A stretch of 64,000 bases of DNA. Source: a virus. Made by a program: the position numbers and the translations under genes. Numbering within the stretch: the stretch's first letter is position 1; each line of letters starts with the position of its first letter. The stretch lies in the IMG/VR virus record IMGVR_UViG_3300032524_000070; one strand, given 5' to 3'. A model generated the notes under the pieces. The model saw only the letters and a program-made list of their open reading frames with translations, was not told where the DNA came from and searched no databases. This document shows positions 41,201 through 48,531 of this stretch, piece after piece.

Positions 41201-41462
41201 TGGGAGCCTCGCAGCCCCGAGCCAGGGCGACGAGATCCAGATGGTCATCCTGACCCACGCCCACCTCGGCGATGGGCTGACGGTGCTCAACGGTGTGACC
41301 CTCGACGGCATCATCTCCCCCAGCGGGTACGGCGAGGGCTACTCGGCAGCCGACCGCTACCGCTGCATGGGGCGGCCGATGTTCCGTGGGTACAGTCGCG
41401 TGATCCCCGATCCGGTCACCGTCACGCTGGCGGTGTACCCGGAGAACCAGCGGGGAACCTGA
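35214..41462 (+). CDS. very large baseplate/tail protein (2082 aa), paralog of 20515
   Basis: QKGKPPLDAELN, RVDFVFLEVW, RVQVQYRIR, TIDGYTYAIPI; GTG start after perfect AAGGAGGT at 35201-35208. Confidence 0.7.
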   Translation: MALDHGTGVSRTLSPLDRAYASVIWQKGKPPLDAELNLMSSLDQERLREYVAGLMPSGFLMDPTRSEFDFRFDPKWVNHFHLGVPRSATGSLDADETQPVVWANVNGWMVPVAGTDITGTADVHNVVKLYPAPGSDTRVDFVFLEVWNSLVQPNPSTLNKPTASTVWKYGNVKHGGTNITDDLEDPTIGFETSKRVQVQYRIRVYGQGLGGGASVNLAVHPDGFGDPNILGRGANASAPVAGMQWANMREQLGDPSLWRAGDGDPNNALGTIDGYTYAIPICAVFRRSRETYVAIKTSGNPTQNGATLRTPGVYLLVDPLTGAVPLLQASLGAALGPDDGKLAPFTIAVTNINGSGLEDTAHTLSSIYLQIEDEIVGISAVDLVGNTITIPAGGRGRWGTAAVGHATATPINQFNTRPDGLYADQVASQDVLDLRRAVNPGDWDYNRLLAHNVAALAKGTLRTAWKESNPGDTEGPVVHEVVDMYAGDETHPNHTDAADGSDGIRTVWSDGATIQSDVTLLLKHDATRDADGMVGFTNTGFDALVEWDVGASFNPIGFLNTGGLATGWYNGSSVHLFIGGTTGELGARATFRAANVRDVRFVTPGEYWKTGYPVVDPTTGNQHPVSLRFLGEKSTVAPPSALAAADKLIAPGPQYPWREGSFERPFIVLGGLLHSNLRITALDVSNLTSAVDVYGTTRYYLDLTGKGFDFDAAGGFNNASGGVFPNDPAQVATPFLRGERTFFGMLTDDGRDQTGASSEVYLMTFGDPTGRNNNGAFRVIGAGTVGYTNVPGINAGTLVLEPLSGDFTGWSATGSGNEITVDFRSQYHNADDISTYAARIADLAIVLTDIGGESGDGTPWDLANVGTNALDQAGGFYYAPSKMVLSTTLLYHPGRSAATRVPDEFVRFAMRGGSEETLGTYLRRSPSSIDTTFSAIGTATDETYWPTIHVGTWNRLSGLGWHAPLAPAYGGSVVGFTEQDREAECFVDRGSKTAIFRPFRNRDMTLQALTWPDPEIPAGSCLLGPYLYPAPDSSEKDALQILTGNNGAPHGTTGKRMGFMVPREFMPRFGRQDIPYRQLNTGTAPTAAGFMPGINHLFTDVTDLTNPVFNIIGGERNAGGAEVNSLFMVTRASEIVYAHGNSSYGPKNIGAYGARKTTDINPALGPNSAAVVAALRAVNSSDLGRGLKGIQLPPYMGIARLYGVYELADYTAKGGTAFKVNRYEMEAAPVSINLIREDADQQTLFILQDGALDLTGAAGDHTYIIPSNVLDLARIPTFVAGDAFEDYDYVVEATVFFFARGFINENNVVLVRKRDGSYALNTDGDDAELENVPMCIPSPAGINDRLYNAYNRTVYQGDPYMTRDGSTRQEADYENRYGRLTPGQAWLLRTAVQQFDSAGNFVPQMDNERGFEVLASMDFYTTLGTGKVGGMLFPGTPLDVGHISDTLLASSRMPLTETANDWRIDVRAFTEGQKMNPSRAAASVEVLSNLSMLNAVTNDDTFFVRFILLDDSVVTLYGSTAAFVATLTGGPNNVPAGDIFVLDETSSHRELTDQFSPIGVLNDGTLSSATVALVGAKVGDAVTVNPDAMVNGALIYGFVPAADQVTIVVQNINPDIPFTSLSDHDSIKPITVTAADLGGVAVPANDSTATAEAFVGAAVGDAVVVNPPAGLAAGLIVTADTVTVADQVTLRVHNVTAAPIAWGADRVLDVAVLKDHPQGSIDMSLVNFDVRVSQTVGTEDGTADNLVAVINANTKLFRSVTAFNDGTPKVQIAAVPTGAEGNGIRVQVGKVSWGATVGTAPLLVQQTLQIAVPHDNMVVTPHVTSSFLLGGLDVPVNAGIGTSQMALTGMTERLPLGVLVQDSDFLCENPLGDAASAMNSSPAPLRPIQTLMPLIGGEEYSRFMGAPGELLALADVQIAPNSWAAWTDTAPDGATRKFRIYRGGGAAYVLSGDNPGGPIDWVSESFPKSAQPVLKGGVLACKAMLVRNYYEEAFAGGSLAAPSQGDEIQMVILTHAHLGDGLTVLNGVTLDGIISPSGYGEGYSAADRYRCMGRPMFRGYSRVIPDPVTVTLAVYPENQRGT

Positions 41463-41468
41463 TAGCCC

Positions 41469-41807
41469 ATGCCCTTCCTGAACCGACGAGACATCGCCCT
41501 CAAGACGAGGACGCAGGCTGAGAAGGACTACCGGATGCAGCTCCGGTCGGCCCTCTCAACCCCTGGCCTGCCTGCTTCACAGCGGGCAGAGATCAACCGT
41601 CGCTTGAAGAATGTGGGCCAGCCCCGCGTGTACGACGCCGACTCACCACCCCCTCCCGGGGCCATCGAGTTCACTACCCCGGAGGTCGCCACGGAAGCGT
41701 CCCTGAAGGGTCTGACGAAAGCAGCTCTGGTTGCGCTAGCTGGAGGGCGGGGACTCCCCACCTCCGGTACAAAGGCCATCCTGGTCGAGCGTTTGCTGGG
41801 TCGCTGA
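41469..41807 (+). CDS. small protein with C-terminal SAP-like nucleic-acid-binding motif
   Basis: LKGLTKAALVALAGGRGLPTSGTKAILVERL fits the SAP consensus. Confidence 0.65.
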   Translation: MPFLNRRDIALKTRTQAEKDYRMQLRSALSTPGLPASQRAEINRRLKNVGQPRVYDADSPPPPGAIEFTTPEVATEASLKGLTKAALVALAGGRGLPTSGTKAILVERLLGR

Positions 41808-41822
41808 ACCAAGGAGGCAGCC

Positions 41823-42344
41823 ATGCGCTACCTGACACTGATCGTGCTTGCTCTGTCGCTGACCATCGCGGTCCCCGTGTTCGCCCTCGTCGATCTCGGC
41901 GGGGAAGTCGAGGCCGGAGACGATGACTCGTCCATCCCGGAGGCCCCGGAAGCTCCCGAGGCCGATGAGGTTGCCCCGGACGACGATGACTCGGCAGTCG
42001 TCACCCTCCCGGACACCGACGAAGAGGCCATGCTGCTCATCAGCAAGCTGCTCGACGCGGCCAACAACGGTCACTGGACCGTGTTCGCGGGTCTCCTGAT
42101 CCTGCTCCTGGTCTTCGGCATGAACCGCCTGGGCCTCGCAGCCAAGATCGGCGGCAAGTGGGTTCCTTGGGTCACACTCGGGACGGGTGCTGCTGTCGCC
42201 ATCGCCATCGGCCTGGCCACGGGTGCTCCGGTAGGCGAGTCCATCGTCGCCGGGCTCCTCGAAGGCACCGTCGCCATCGCTCTGTGGGAGCTGCTCGCCA
42301 AGCACGTCACGGCGAAGAAGGCGGACGGCACCGCTCGCACCTAG
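41823..42344 (+). CDS. membrane protein, holin-like
   Basis: N-terminal signal/TM segment, acidic linker, ~3 further TM segments, basic C-terminal tail; AAGGAGG RBS. Confidence 0.5.
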   Translation: MRYLTLIVLALSLTIAVPVFALVDLGGEVEAGDDDSSIPEAPEAPEADEVAPDDDDSAVVTLPDTDEEAMLLISKLLDAANNGHWTVFAGLLILLLVFGMNRLGLAAKIGGKWVPWVTLGTGAAVAIAIGLATGAPVGESIVAGLLEGTVAIALWELLAKHVTAKKADGTART

Positions 42345-42363
42345 TTCCCTGGGGGTCCACTCG

Positions 42364-43013
42364 ATGTTGGACAGGCTGGCAACGGCTCCGGCCCTCACTG
42401 TCATCGAGTGGGCCTTTCAGACCTACGGCGATCAGCTCGCCGTGTCCACGGCGTTCGGTCCATCAGGGATCGTCCTGCTGGACATCATCAGCAAGGTCCA
42501 GCCCGGAGCAGCCGTTTTCTTTGTGGACACGGGGTTCCACTTCCCCGAAACGCTGACCCTGCTCGACCGAGCCCGCAGTCACTTCGACCTCGACCTTCAG
42601 GTGGTTCACCCGGCGGTCGAGGTCGCTGCTGATCTGAACGTCCTGTTTCCTGACCGTTGCTGTGCTCTTCGGAAGGTGGCCGCGACGTGGGCTGCCCTCG
42701 CAGGCAAGCCCGCATGGATGACGGCTCTTCGCCGTGACCAGGGCCGACTCGTGCTGACATCAAGGTGGTCGAGCCCCAGGTCGTGAACAACGCCGGGGTG
42801 GTCAAGATCAGCCCCATGGCGTCATGGACTCGTGAGGAGGTGTGGCAGTACATCAGGGCGAGCAACTTGCCCTACAACGAGCTGCACGACCGGGGCTACC
42901 CCTCGGTCGGTTGTGCTCCCTGTACGTCTCCTGTTGCCAGCACGGCAGCAGAGCGGTCAGGACGGTGGGCTGGCTGCGGCAAGAGCGAGTGCGGGATGCA
43001 CACGGGCAGCTAG
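42364..43013 (+). pseudogene. cysH: APS/PAPS reductase with a 1-nt frameshift near 42744
   Basis: STAFG, FVDTGFHFPET, CCALRK, ALRRDQ in one frame; PTRADIKVVE, KISPMASW, GYPSVGCAPCT, RSGRW, KSECGMH in the -1 frame. Confidence 0.85.
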
Positions 43014-43029
43014 TCCATCTGGGTCGCCA

Positions 43030-43470
43030 TCAGACGACGTTGTACCGCTGGACGAGGTAGACGATCCCACCGACGCCACCAGCGAGGATGCAGAAGCAGC
43101 AGGCGTAGTAGGCGAGGTTGCTGAACAGGATGACCCCGACCGACTCGCTCATCACCTTGCGCTGGGCATCAATGCGTCGCCCGGCTTCAGCGAACTCCCG
43201 GTCGAAGCTGCTGCCGCCGCCGAAGAGGCTGCCGCCGCGTGACGGGCCACCTCCCGCCGGGTAGACCCGGCGACCGATGACGACCTTCTCGGGTCGTCCA
43301 GCGGGAGACCCGGCTTCGGGCTTCGGGCGCCGGAGCGAGGCAGCCACCTTGCTCTGGATGATGGAGCTGGCGATGATCTTGACGAGCAGCACCCCGACGA
43401 TGCCGACGACGAAGAGGCCGATGGAGATGTAGAAGAGAGCGGGGTTGGCCCCGGTCAGCAGGTCGGTCAT
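43030..43470 (-). CDS. hypothetical membrane protein
   Basis: Two hydrophobic segments; overlaps the next minus-strand gene by 4 nt. Confidence 0.6.
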   Translation of the reverse strand: MTDLLTGANPALFYISIGLFVVGIVGVLLVKIIASSIIQSKVAASLRRPKPEAGSPAGRPEKVVIGRRVYPAGGGPSRGGSLFGGGSSFDREFAEAGRRIDAQRKVMSESVGVILFSNLAYYACCFCILAGGVGGIVYLVQRYNVV

Positions 43471-43673
43471 GGAGTGCTCCTGGTGGGGATGAGATCCCCG
43501 TTCTCGTCGTGGGTCGCCTTGTAGGCGACCTCGGCCCTGCGTCGGGCCTCTTCGGGTTCGATGTCAAAGTCATCGCCCACGGCGATGAGGAACGCGGTGG
43601 ACCGAAGGTGAAGCTCCTTGCGCTGCACCGGGTCGGCGAGGATGGCCTTGATGTCCACGCGGCGACTGCTCAC
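43467..43673 (-). CDS. hypothetical protein
   Basis: 68 aa, 4-nt overlaps on both sides. Confidence 0.55.
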   Translation of the reverse strand: MSSRRVDIKAILADPVQRKELHLRSTAFLIAVGDDFDIEPEEARRRAEVAYKATHDENGDLIPTRSTP

Positions 43674-44530
43674 AGCCCGGCCACCTTGATGTTCGGGTAG
43701 TCGGCCACGAGGTCACGGGCACCCTTGGCCGTCAGGTCCAGCACCTTGTTGCCCAGTCCGTTGAGGGCAGCCCACACGCCCTTGCCCATCGGCTTGACGA
43801 TGACGATGGAACCGTAAGGGCCGGTCAGCCTCGCGGCGGGCACCAGCGGCGTCGCAGCGGCTCCGATCTGGCTCTGGAGCCACTTCACGAGGGCCTGGAA
43901 CAAGCCGATGTCAGTGCAGGTCTGGACGGCGAAGTGCTCGCTGTTGCTGCCGCCCCAGAAGATGGAGATCGCCCGGCCCATGTGCTTCGTGCAGAAGGTG
44001 GCGAGGTCGCCCTTGAAAGTGCCGTAGACGGCCCCCTGCCAGTCGGCGGGGAACTTGTCGAACTCGATCTCGATGTTCGAGCCCCTGATCCGCATCGACA
44101 CCCCACCCGTGTTGCACCGCCACGATGTCGGGCTGGGTGCGGCAGGCTTCGCGGGGGCCACCGGGGCGTGCGTCCGGGGCGTGTTCTGAACGGTGTGCCG
44201 GGGCTTGGTGGGCGTGGCCTGCGGGGTCGTCCCCTTGATGGTGGACTGCTGCACCCGCACGAACGGGGTGTCGGCGTAGTCGTAGCCCTTGGCGATCTTC
44301 TCGGGAGCCGCCTTCTCGACGTAGTCCCAGTCCTTCACGATGATCTGCGCCTTGGCACCGATGCTGCCCCAGTGGATCTCGACTGGCTCGTTGCGGGCTC
44401 GACCCGTGCAGAGCCAGAACTTCTGACTCGGGTTGCCGTTGGCGGTCGTCCCGTAGAACTCCAGTCGGAAGGTCCAGGGTCGTCCCCTCCCCATCGTCCT
44501 GCGGGCATCAGCCAGTGTGAGTGTCGCCAT
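43670..44530 (-). CDS. WGR-like domain protein
   Basis: RLEF...SQKFW...VEIHWGSIGAKAQ...EKIAKGY; ATG at 44530 after GGAGA and a promoter-motif copy. Confidence 0.65.
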   Translation of the reverse strand: MATLTLADARRTMGRGRPWTFRLEFYGTTANGNPSQKFWLCTGRARNEPVEIHWGSIGAKAQIIVKDWDYVEKAAPEKIAKGYDYADTPFVRVQQSTIKGTTPQATPTKPRHTVQNTPRTHAPVAPAKPAAPSPTSWRCNTGGVSMRIRGSNIEIEFDKFPADWQGAVYGTFKGDLATFCTKHMGRAISIFWGGSNSEHFAVQTCTDIGLFQALVKWLQSQIGAAATPLVPAARLTGPYGSIVIVKPMGKGVWAALNGLGNKVLDLTAKGARDLVADYPNIKVAGL

Positions 44531-44552
44531 GATCGTCTCCGTTCGTCCGTGT

Positions 44553-44583
44553 CTACTACTGACCGGGCTCGTCGTCTGAGCCC
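44553..44583 (-). promoter_or_regulatory. putative early promoter GGGCTCAG-N16-GTAGTAG, copy A
   Basis: Exact motif on the minus strand upstream of the WGR-like gene. Confidence 0.7.
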
Positions 44584-44852
44584 TACTCGTGCCCGAGCGC
44601 ACAGGGGTCATCGAACGCAGCCATGTCCCGCAATTCCAGGGCCTCCCGGTCGCCCTTCTCCGCGATCTGCCTGGCCACGTCGAGGGCGTGCTGGGCACTC
44701 TCGACTGACGGCATGGCGGTGTCGTCCTCGCGGGACCAGGCCACCCCCTTGGCGACCTTCACCAGCATGGCGATGGCGTGGGCCTCTGTCCCGAACCAGG
44801 ACCCGTCCTGGTTCTCGCCCCGGAGGGCCGCTCGAATGGTGTCCTCGTTCAT
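44583..44852 (-). CDS. hypothetical protein
   Basis: MNEDTIRAAL... ORF following the 44855 gene. Confidence 0.55.
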   Translation of the reverse strand: MNEDTIRAALRGENQDGSWFGTEAHAIAMLVKVAKGVAWSREDDTAMPSVESAQHALDVARQIAEKGDREALELRDMAAFDDPCALGHE

Positions 44853-44854
44853 GG

Positions 44855-45142
44855 CTACCAGCCTCCGTCGTAGCAGCCGTAGTCCTCGTCGGTGCCCCAC
44901 CCGCAGGAGGCCAGAGCCGAACCCGCGTCACCGTCCATGTCGTCGTTGAAGTCGTCGGCGTAGTCGTCGCTGTCGTCGGCTACGGGCAGCGGGCGCTCGC
45001 ACAGCGGGCAGTAGTCCGGCACGTCGCTCTCGCGGATTCGGAGGTTGCCCCACCCGCAGCCGCAGAGCACCTGGACCCAGGGGTTGCAGTCCTCGCAGGC
45101 CTCGGGGTCGTCGCAGCCTTCGCACTCGTTGTCGTCGTTCAT
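44855..45142 (-). CDS. small acidic Cys-rich (Zn-ribbon-like) protein
   Basis: CEGC, CEDC, CGCG, CPLC motifs; ATG after GAGAACACG leader. Confidence 0.6.
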   Translation of the reverse strand: MNDDNECEGCDDPEACEDCNPWVQVLCGCGWGNLRIRESDVPDYCPLCERPLPVADDSDDYADDFNDDMDGDAGSALASCGWGTDEDYGCYDGGW

Positions 45143-45161
45143 CGTGTTCTCGCCTTCACCC

Positions 45162-45192
45162 CTACTACGGGCCACCCCACCGTTCTGAGCCC
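45162..45192 (-). promoter_or_regulatory. putative early promoter, copy B
   Basis: GGGCTCAG-N16-GTAGTAG on the minus strand. Confidence 0.7.
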
Positions 45193-45261
45193 CCTTTTCG
45201 AGGAATCCAGATTCTTGCCCAGGTGGGCGAAAACGCAGGCATTTTCGATTCCTGCGATTGG

Positions 45262-45292
45262 GGGCTCAGAACCGGGACGTGCTCCGTAGTAG
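45262..45292 (+). promoter_or_regulatory. putative early promoter, copy C
   Basis: GGGCTCAG-N16-GTAGTAG. Confidence 0.7.
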
Positions 45293-45313
45293 GGGTGAAG
45301 GATGGAGAGCACG

Positions 45314-45448
45314 ATGAAAGTCACGACCGCGCTGCGACGCCTGATTGTCCAGTCCAAGGCCTACGGCCATGCCACCAAGGGCAAGGGCAAGCGGGGCGCG
45401 AGCAAGGCCCGCCGTCAGGTCGGCAAGGCTCTCTGCCGGAACTTCTAG
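45314..45448 (+). CDS. 44-aa highly basic peptide (not in the ORF track)
   Basis: MKVTTALRRLIVQSKAYGHATKGKGKRGASKARRQVGKALCRNF; GGAGAG RBS directly after promoter copy C. Confidence 0.6.
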   Translation: MKVTTALRRLIVQSKAYGHATKGKGKRGASKARRQVGKALCRNF

Positions 45449-45476
45449 GGCTCAGAAACTCAGACTGGCGAGTAGT
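45448..45476 (+). promoter_or_regulatory. putative early promoter, copy D
   Basis: GGGCTCAG-N16-GTAGT followed by a GGAGAACACGATG leader. Confidence 0.7.
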
Positions 45477-45496
45477 CAGATCGACTGGAGAACACG

Positions 45497-46660
45497 ATGC
45501 GAACCGACCCCGAAATCGAAGCTGCCTTTGCCGCCTTCGGCACCAGCAACCCCCCGGCAGGCACGAACCCCGCGTCGGGCCGACTGGTCGCCAACGTGGA
45601 CGCCCTGCTGGACGCCCCCGACCTCGGCCCCAACCGCAGCCCCAAGGTGGTCATCCCCGCCGGGACGGGAACCTCGTCCAGCGCGGCCCACTCGGCTGCT
45701 GATGCCCTCGGCATCATCCGCGAGTGGCAGAAGGTCTTCACGCTGACAGCGACCCGCTGTACCTGCTGCGGCACCGACCTGCGGGACGCCGTGAGCGTGT
45801 CCCGAGGCATCGGCCCGGACTGCTCCCGCCAGCACTACGAGATCGACTTCGACATCACCGACGCGATGTTCGAGGAGGCCCTCGGCCTGCTCCAGGCGAG
45901 CAAGCTCGACAAGCTGGTCAAGCTCGCCGCCAAGGGCCTCAAGTCGAAGCCCCGCGACCTCTGCAACATCCTGATCTGGTGGTCCTCGGCCCACCTCGAC
46001 AACACGCAGGTCGTCCTCGACTGCGCGAGCATCGTGACGGCCCTCGGCTTCGTCGGCCTCGGTGACCGGCTCCGCGAGCGCAACACCGATGTCATCATCA
46101 GCCGCGACCCCGCCGACGCGAACTTCTACGTCGTCCGCTGCCGCAGCAAGATGAACGTCCGCCGGAACATGCGGCAGGTCAAGGAGGCCACCTCGGTCCC
46201 CCGTGAAGGCCGCTTCACCTACGGCTGGCGCTTCCCGCTCATCCGCAAGTCCCTGGTCTGGACCATCCTCGGTGAGGACTTCGGCGGACAGTGGGTGACG
46301 GTCCCCGGCATGATCGCTGGCAACCCCAGCCGGGTCGTCCAGATGGACGCGGCCTCCTGGTACGACGTGCGCGAAGCCCTCCGGGCTGCCTACAACCCGA
46401 AGCCGGCCGTCACCAAGGCGGCCCCCGCCGCCCCGGTCGTCAAGCCCGCCATCCTCCGGGTGCGGAACAACGGGCAGATGGATGTGATTGACCTCTACAC
46501 CCCGAGCCGCAACTTCGGCTTCGTGGCCGAACTGAAGGCCCTGGTCCCCAGCCGGAACCGCACCTGGAACCGCGACTCGGGGTGCTGGACGGTCTTCTCG
46601 ATGAGCCTCCAGCCCCGGCTGGTCGAACTGGTCGCCGCCCACTTCAACGGGGCGGTCTAG
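45497..46660 (+). CDS. Zn-finger (DUF6011-like) protein with C-terminal HARP-like domain
   Basis: CTCCGTDLRDAVSVSRGIGPDC; FVAELKALVPSRNRTWNRDSGCWTV. Confidence 0.55.
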   Translation: MRTDPEIEAAFAAFGTSNPPAGTNPASGRLVANVDALLDAPDLGPNRSPKVVIPAGTGTSSSAAHSAADALGIIREWQKVFTLTATRCTCCGTDLRDAVSVSRGIGPDCSRQHYEIDFDITDAMFEEALGLLQASKLDKLVKLAAKGLKSKPRDLCNILIWWSSAHLDNTQVVLDCASIVTALGFVGLGDRLRERNTDVIISRDPADANFYVVRCRSKMNVRRNMRQVKEATSVPREGRFTYGWRFPLIRKSLVWTILGEDFGGQWVTVPGMIAGNPSRVVQMDAASWYDVREALRAAYNPKPAVTKAAPAAPVVKPAILRVRNNGQMDVIDLYTPSRNFGFVAELKALVPSRNRTWNRDSGCWTVFSMSLQPRLVELVAAHFNGAV

Positions 46661-46666
46661 CCCGCC

Positions 46667-46927
46667 ATGGGCTTCATCAACTCCCAGATCAGAGCCCTCG
46701 ACACGAGAGGGTGGTGGGACGGGTTCGTGGTCAACAAGAGCGAGCACCCCTTGAAGCTGGGGTTCGCCTACGAGGGTCGGCCCAGCTTCATCCGCCGGGA
46801 GCGCCCAGCCCAGGTAGAGCCCGGAGAGATCGTTCAACGAGTACGAGTGTGGCCGAGGTACAGAGGCATCGACCTCGTGTGCCAGTACCAAGCCCACCCT
46901 GACCCGCAACCGGAGACCCCGCAGTGA
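46667..46927 (+). CDS. hypothetical protein
   Basis: 86 aa, GTGA overlap with the next gene. Confidence 0.45.
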   Translation: MGFINSQIRALDTRGWWDGFVVNKSEHPLKLGFAYEGRPSFIRRERPAQVEPGEIVQRVRVWPRYRGIDLVCQYQAHPDPQPETPQ

Positions 46928-48036
46928 CCGAGCCCCATCCCTTCGTTGCCATTCTGACCGCCAGCCGCAAGCTCAAGAGCCCGACGTTGGAGCAGGTGCA
47001 GGCCATCACCCCGCACATCCCGGACGACGTGATCGCCGCGAAGTACGACGAGATCCTCAACGGGGTCGCGCCCGTCCCGGAAGGGCTCGCTGCCATCCTC
47101 TCCGACCTGGATGACGAGCAGGAGGCCCAGGCCCAGCAGATCTGGAAGGACAACGGGTACCGGACGCTGGACGCGAGCATCCCGGACAACATCCGGGAGC
47201 GTGTCCAGGAGATCGGCAAGGCCATCTCGGACACCAAGCATCGCGGCTGGTACTTCGCCGTCCCCGGCGTTCACGTCGATGGGGCCGTCTACAACTTCAA
47301 CCTCTCCTGGTCGGCGGAACACGGCTCGAAGCTCACGGGCGACTACTGCTCGAACCTCCGGGTCGGCCAGAAGACCGTCCCGGCCTTCGGAGCCGAGGCC
47401 CACGCTTGGCAGCGCGAGCACATCGACACGGGCACCTGGCCCGTGAACCCGCAGCTCATCGACCCCACGGACGGCCACGGCCTCCGTCAGCCTCGCTGGG
47501 GCTGGTTCTGCGAGAACCCCGTCAAGGACCCGAGCCGTCGCGTGCCGGACTGGTCCGCTCTCAAGGCCGGGGCCAGCCCCTCGCCGGTCAAGGTGGGGAA
47601 GGGGATGCAGGATGGTCGCCCGGTGCGTGTCGCTGCCCTCGCCTTCGTGTTCAAGGTCGCCATGGGGCCGAACGACCGCCAGACCCACCACGACGGGGAA
47701 GCCGAAGAGGCCGACTGCGACCTCATCATCCACAGCAGCCAGAAGCTCCTCTGGGCCGAGGTCAAGGGGGCCAACGACCACATCAGCGGAGCCCCCACCA
47801 CCTACTGCGCCCTCTGCGGTGACTCGCTCGGGACCACGGGCTGCTGCGGCTACTTCTACCGGGACGACCAGTCCGACTGCGGCGGTGGCCCGCCCATCAA
47901 CAAGACGGCCCAGGCCCTCATCGAGGCGAACGGCTGGACCTTCGAGTCCGACCCCCAGCTCGCCCGTGACGCCCGCAAGGCGTACCTCGCACAGCAGCGG
48001 GCCGAAACCGAGGCCTGGATGGCGGCTCGCTCATGA
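46924..48036 (+). CDS. hypothetical protein
   Basis: 370 aa, high GC3, CxxC near the C-terminus. Confidence 0.65.
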   Translation: MTEPHPFVAILTASRKLKSPTLEQVQAITPHIPDDVIAAKYDEILNGVAPVPEGLAAILSDLDDEQEAQAQQIWKDNGYRTLDASIPDNIRERVQEIGKAISDTKHRGWYFAVPGVHVDGAVYNFNLSWSAEHGSKLTGDYCSNLRVGQKTVPAFGAEAHAWQREHIDTGTWPVNPQLIDPTDGHGLRQPRWGWFCENPVKDPSRRVPDWSALKAGASPSPVKVGKGMQDGRPVRVAALAFVFKVAMGPNDRQTHHDGEAEEADCDLIIHSSQKLLWAEVKGANDHISGAPTTYCALCGDSLGTTGCCGYFYRDDQSDCGGGPPINKTAQALIEANGWTFESDPQLARDARKAYLAQQRAETEAWMAARS

Positions 48037-48248
48037 ACGTCTACATCATCACCCTCTGCCAGGGCAGTGACCTCTACTTCTACATCCTCGACGAGGCCAA
48101 CTGGGGCAAGCTCGGGGACGGCCCGCTCTGCGAGGCCCTCAACAACGTCGAGCCCCTCGACGACTTCTTCACCCTCAAGGCGGTATTCGACCGGGTGACC
48201 GCCGAAGGCTGGACGGTCGCTGCAACAGCCGAAGGAGCGATGTACTGA
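48033..48248 (+). CDS. hypothetical protein
   Basis: ATGA and TGATG translational coupling. Confidence 0.6.
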   Translation: MNVYIITLCQGSDLYFYILDEANWGKLGDGPLCEALNNVEPLDDFFTLKAVFDRVTAEGWTVAATAEGAMY

Positions 48249-48529
48249 TGGACCTGAACACACAACGGGCTTTCGCTGACGCCCTGCAAGCCCTGTTCAA
48301 GGACGTGCCGAACAACGTCGGCAAGGAGCCGGAGATCATCGCCCTGATGGACGAGCACCTCGGAGGCCGCATCAAGGCCGCCGGGCTGGTGGATGACCTC
48401 TGGCCATTCCTCGGCATCGTCAACGACTTCGAGAGCCTGCGGACCAGAGCCCACGTCGAGGAGATGCAGGCCCGGCAGGTGAAGTTCCGGGCAGAGGTGG
48501 ACGCCCGCCTGGCCACGCAGGAGGGCTGA
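48248..48529 (+). CDS. hypothetical protein
   Basis: Coupled ORF, high GC3. Confidence 0.6.
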   Translation: MDLNTQRAFADALQALFKDVPNNVGKEPEIIALMDEHLGGRIKAAGLVDDLWPFLGIVNDFESLRTRAHVEEMQARQVKFRAEVDARLATQEG

Positions 48530-48531
48530 TG

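Larger units (their letters stand above)
45138..45318. repeat. ~70-bp imperfect inverted repeat (45138-45207 / 45247-45318) made of two divergent promoter+leader copies
   Basis: Perfect core CCTTCACCCCTACTACGG / CCGTAGTAGGGGTGAAGG, plus GTTCTGAGCCCCC / GGGGGCTCAGAAC. Confidence 0.9.

Noticed and set aside
21118-41264. Long antisense and alternate-frame ORFs (e.g. 21118-24039, 29583-32330, 37899-41264)
   Set aside because: Shadow ORFs expected from high GC3 coding on the + strand; they are Arg/Gly/Val-rich with no recognisable motifs.
2278-41462. Bacterial extracellular contractile injection system (eCIS)
   Set aside because: The module is linked to a DnaB-like helicase, SNF2, MTases, homing endonucleases and many small phage-type ORFs, with no housekeeping context. 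A phage is the better explanation.
8408-41462. Diversity-generating retroelement targeting tail fibres
   Set aside because: No reverse transcriptase and no adenine-specific TR/VR repeat pair noticed by eye in this window.
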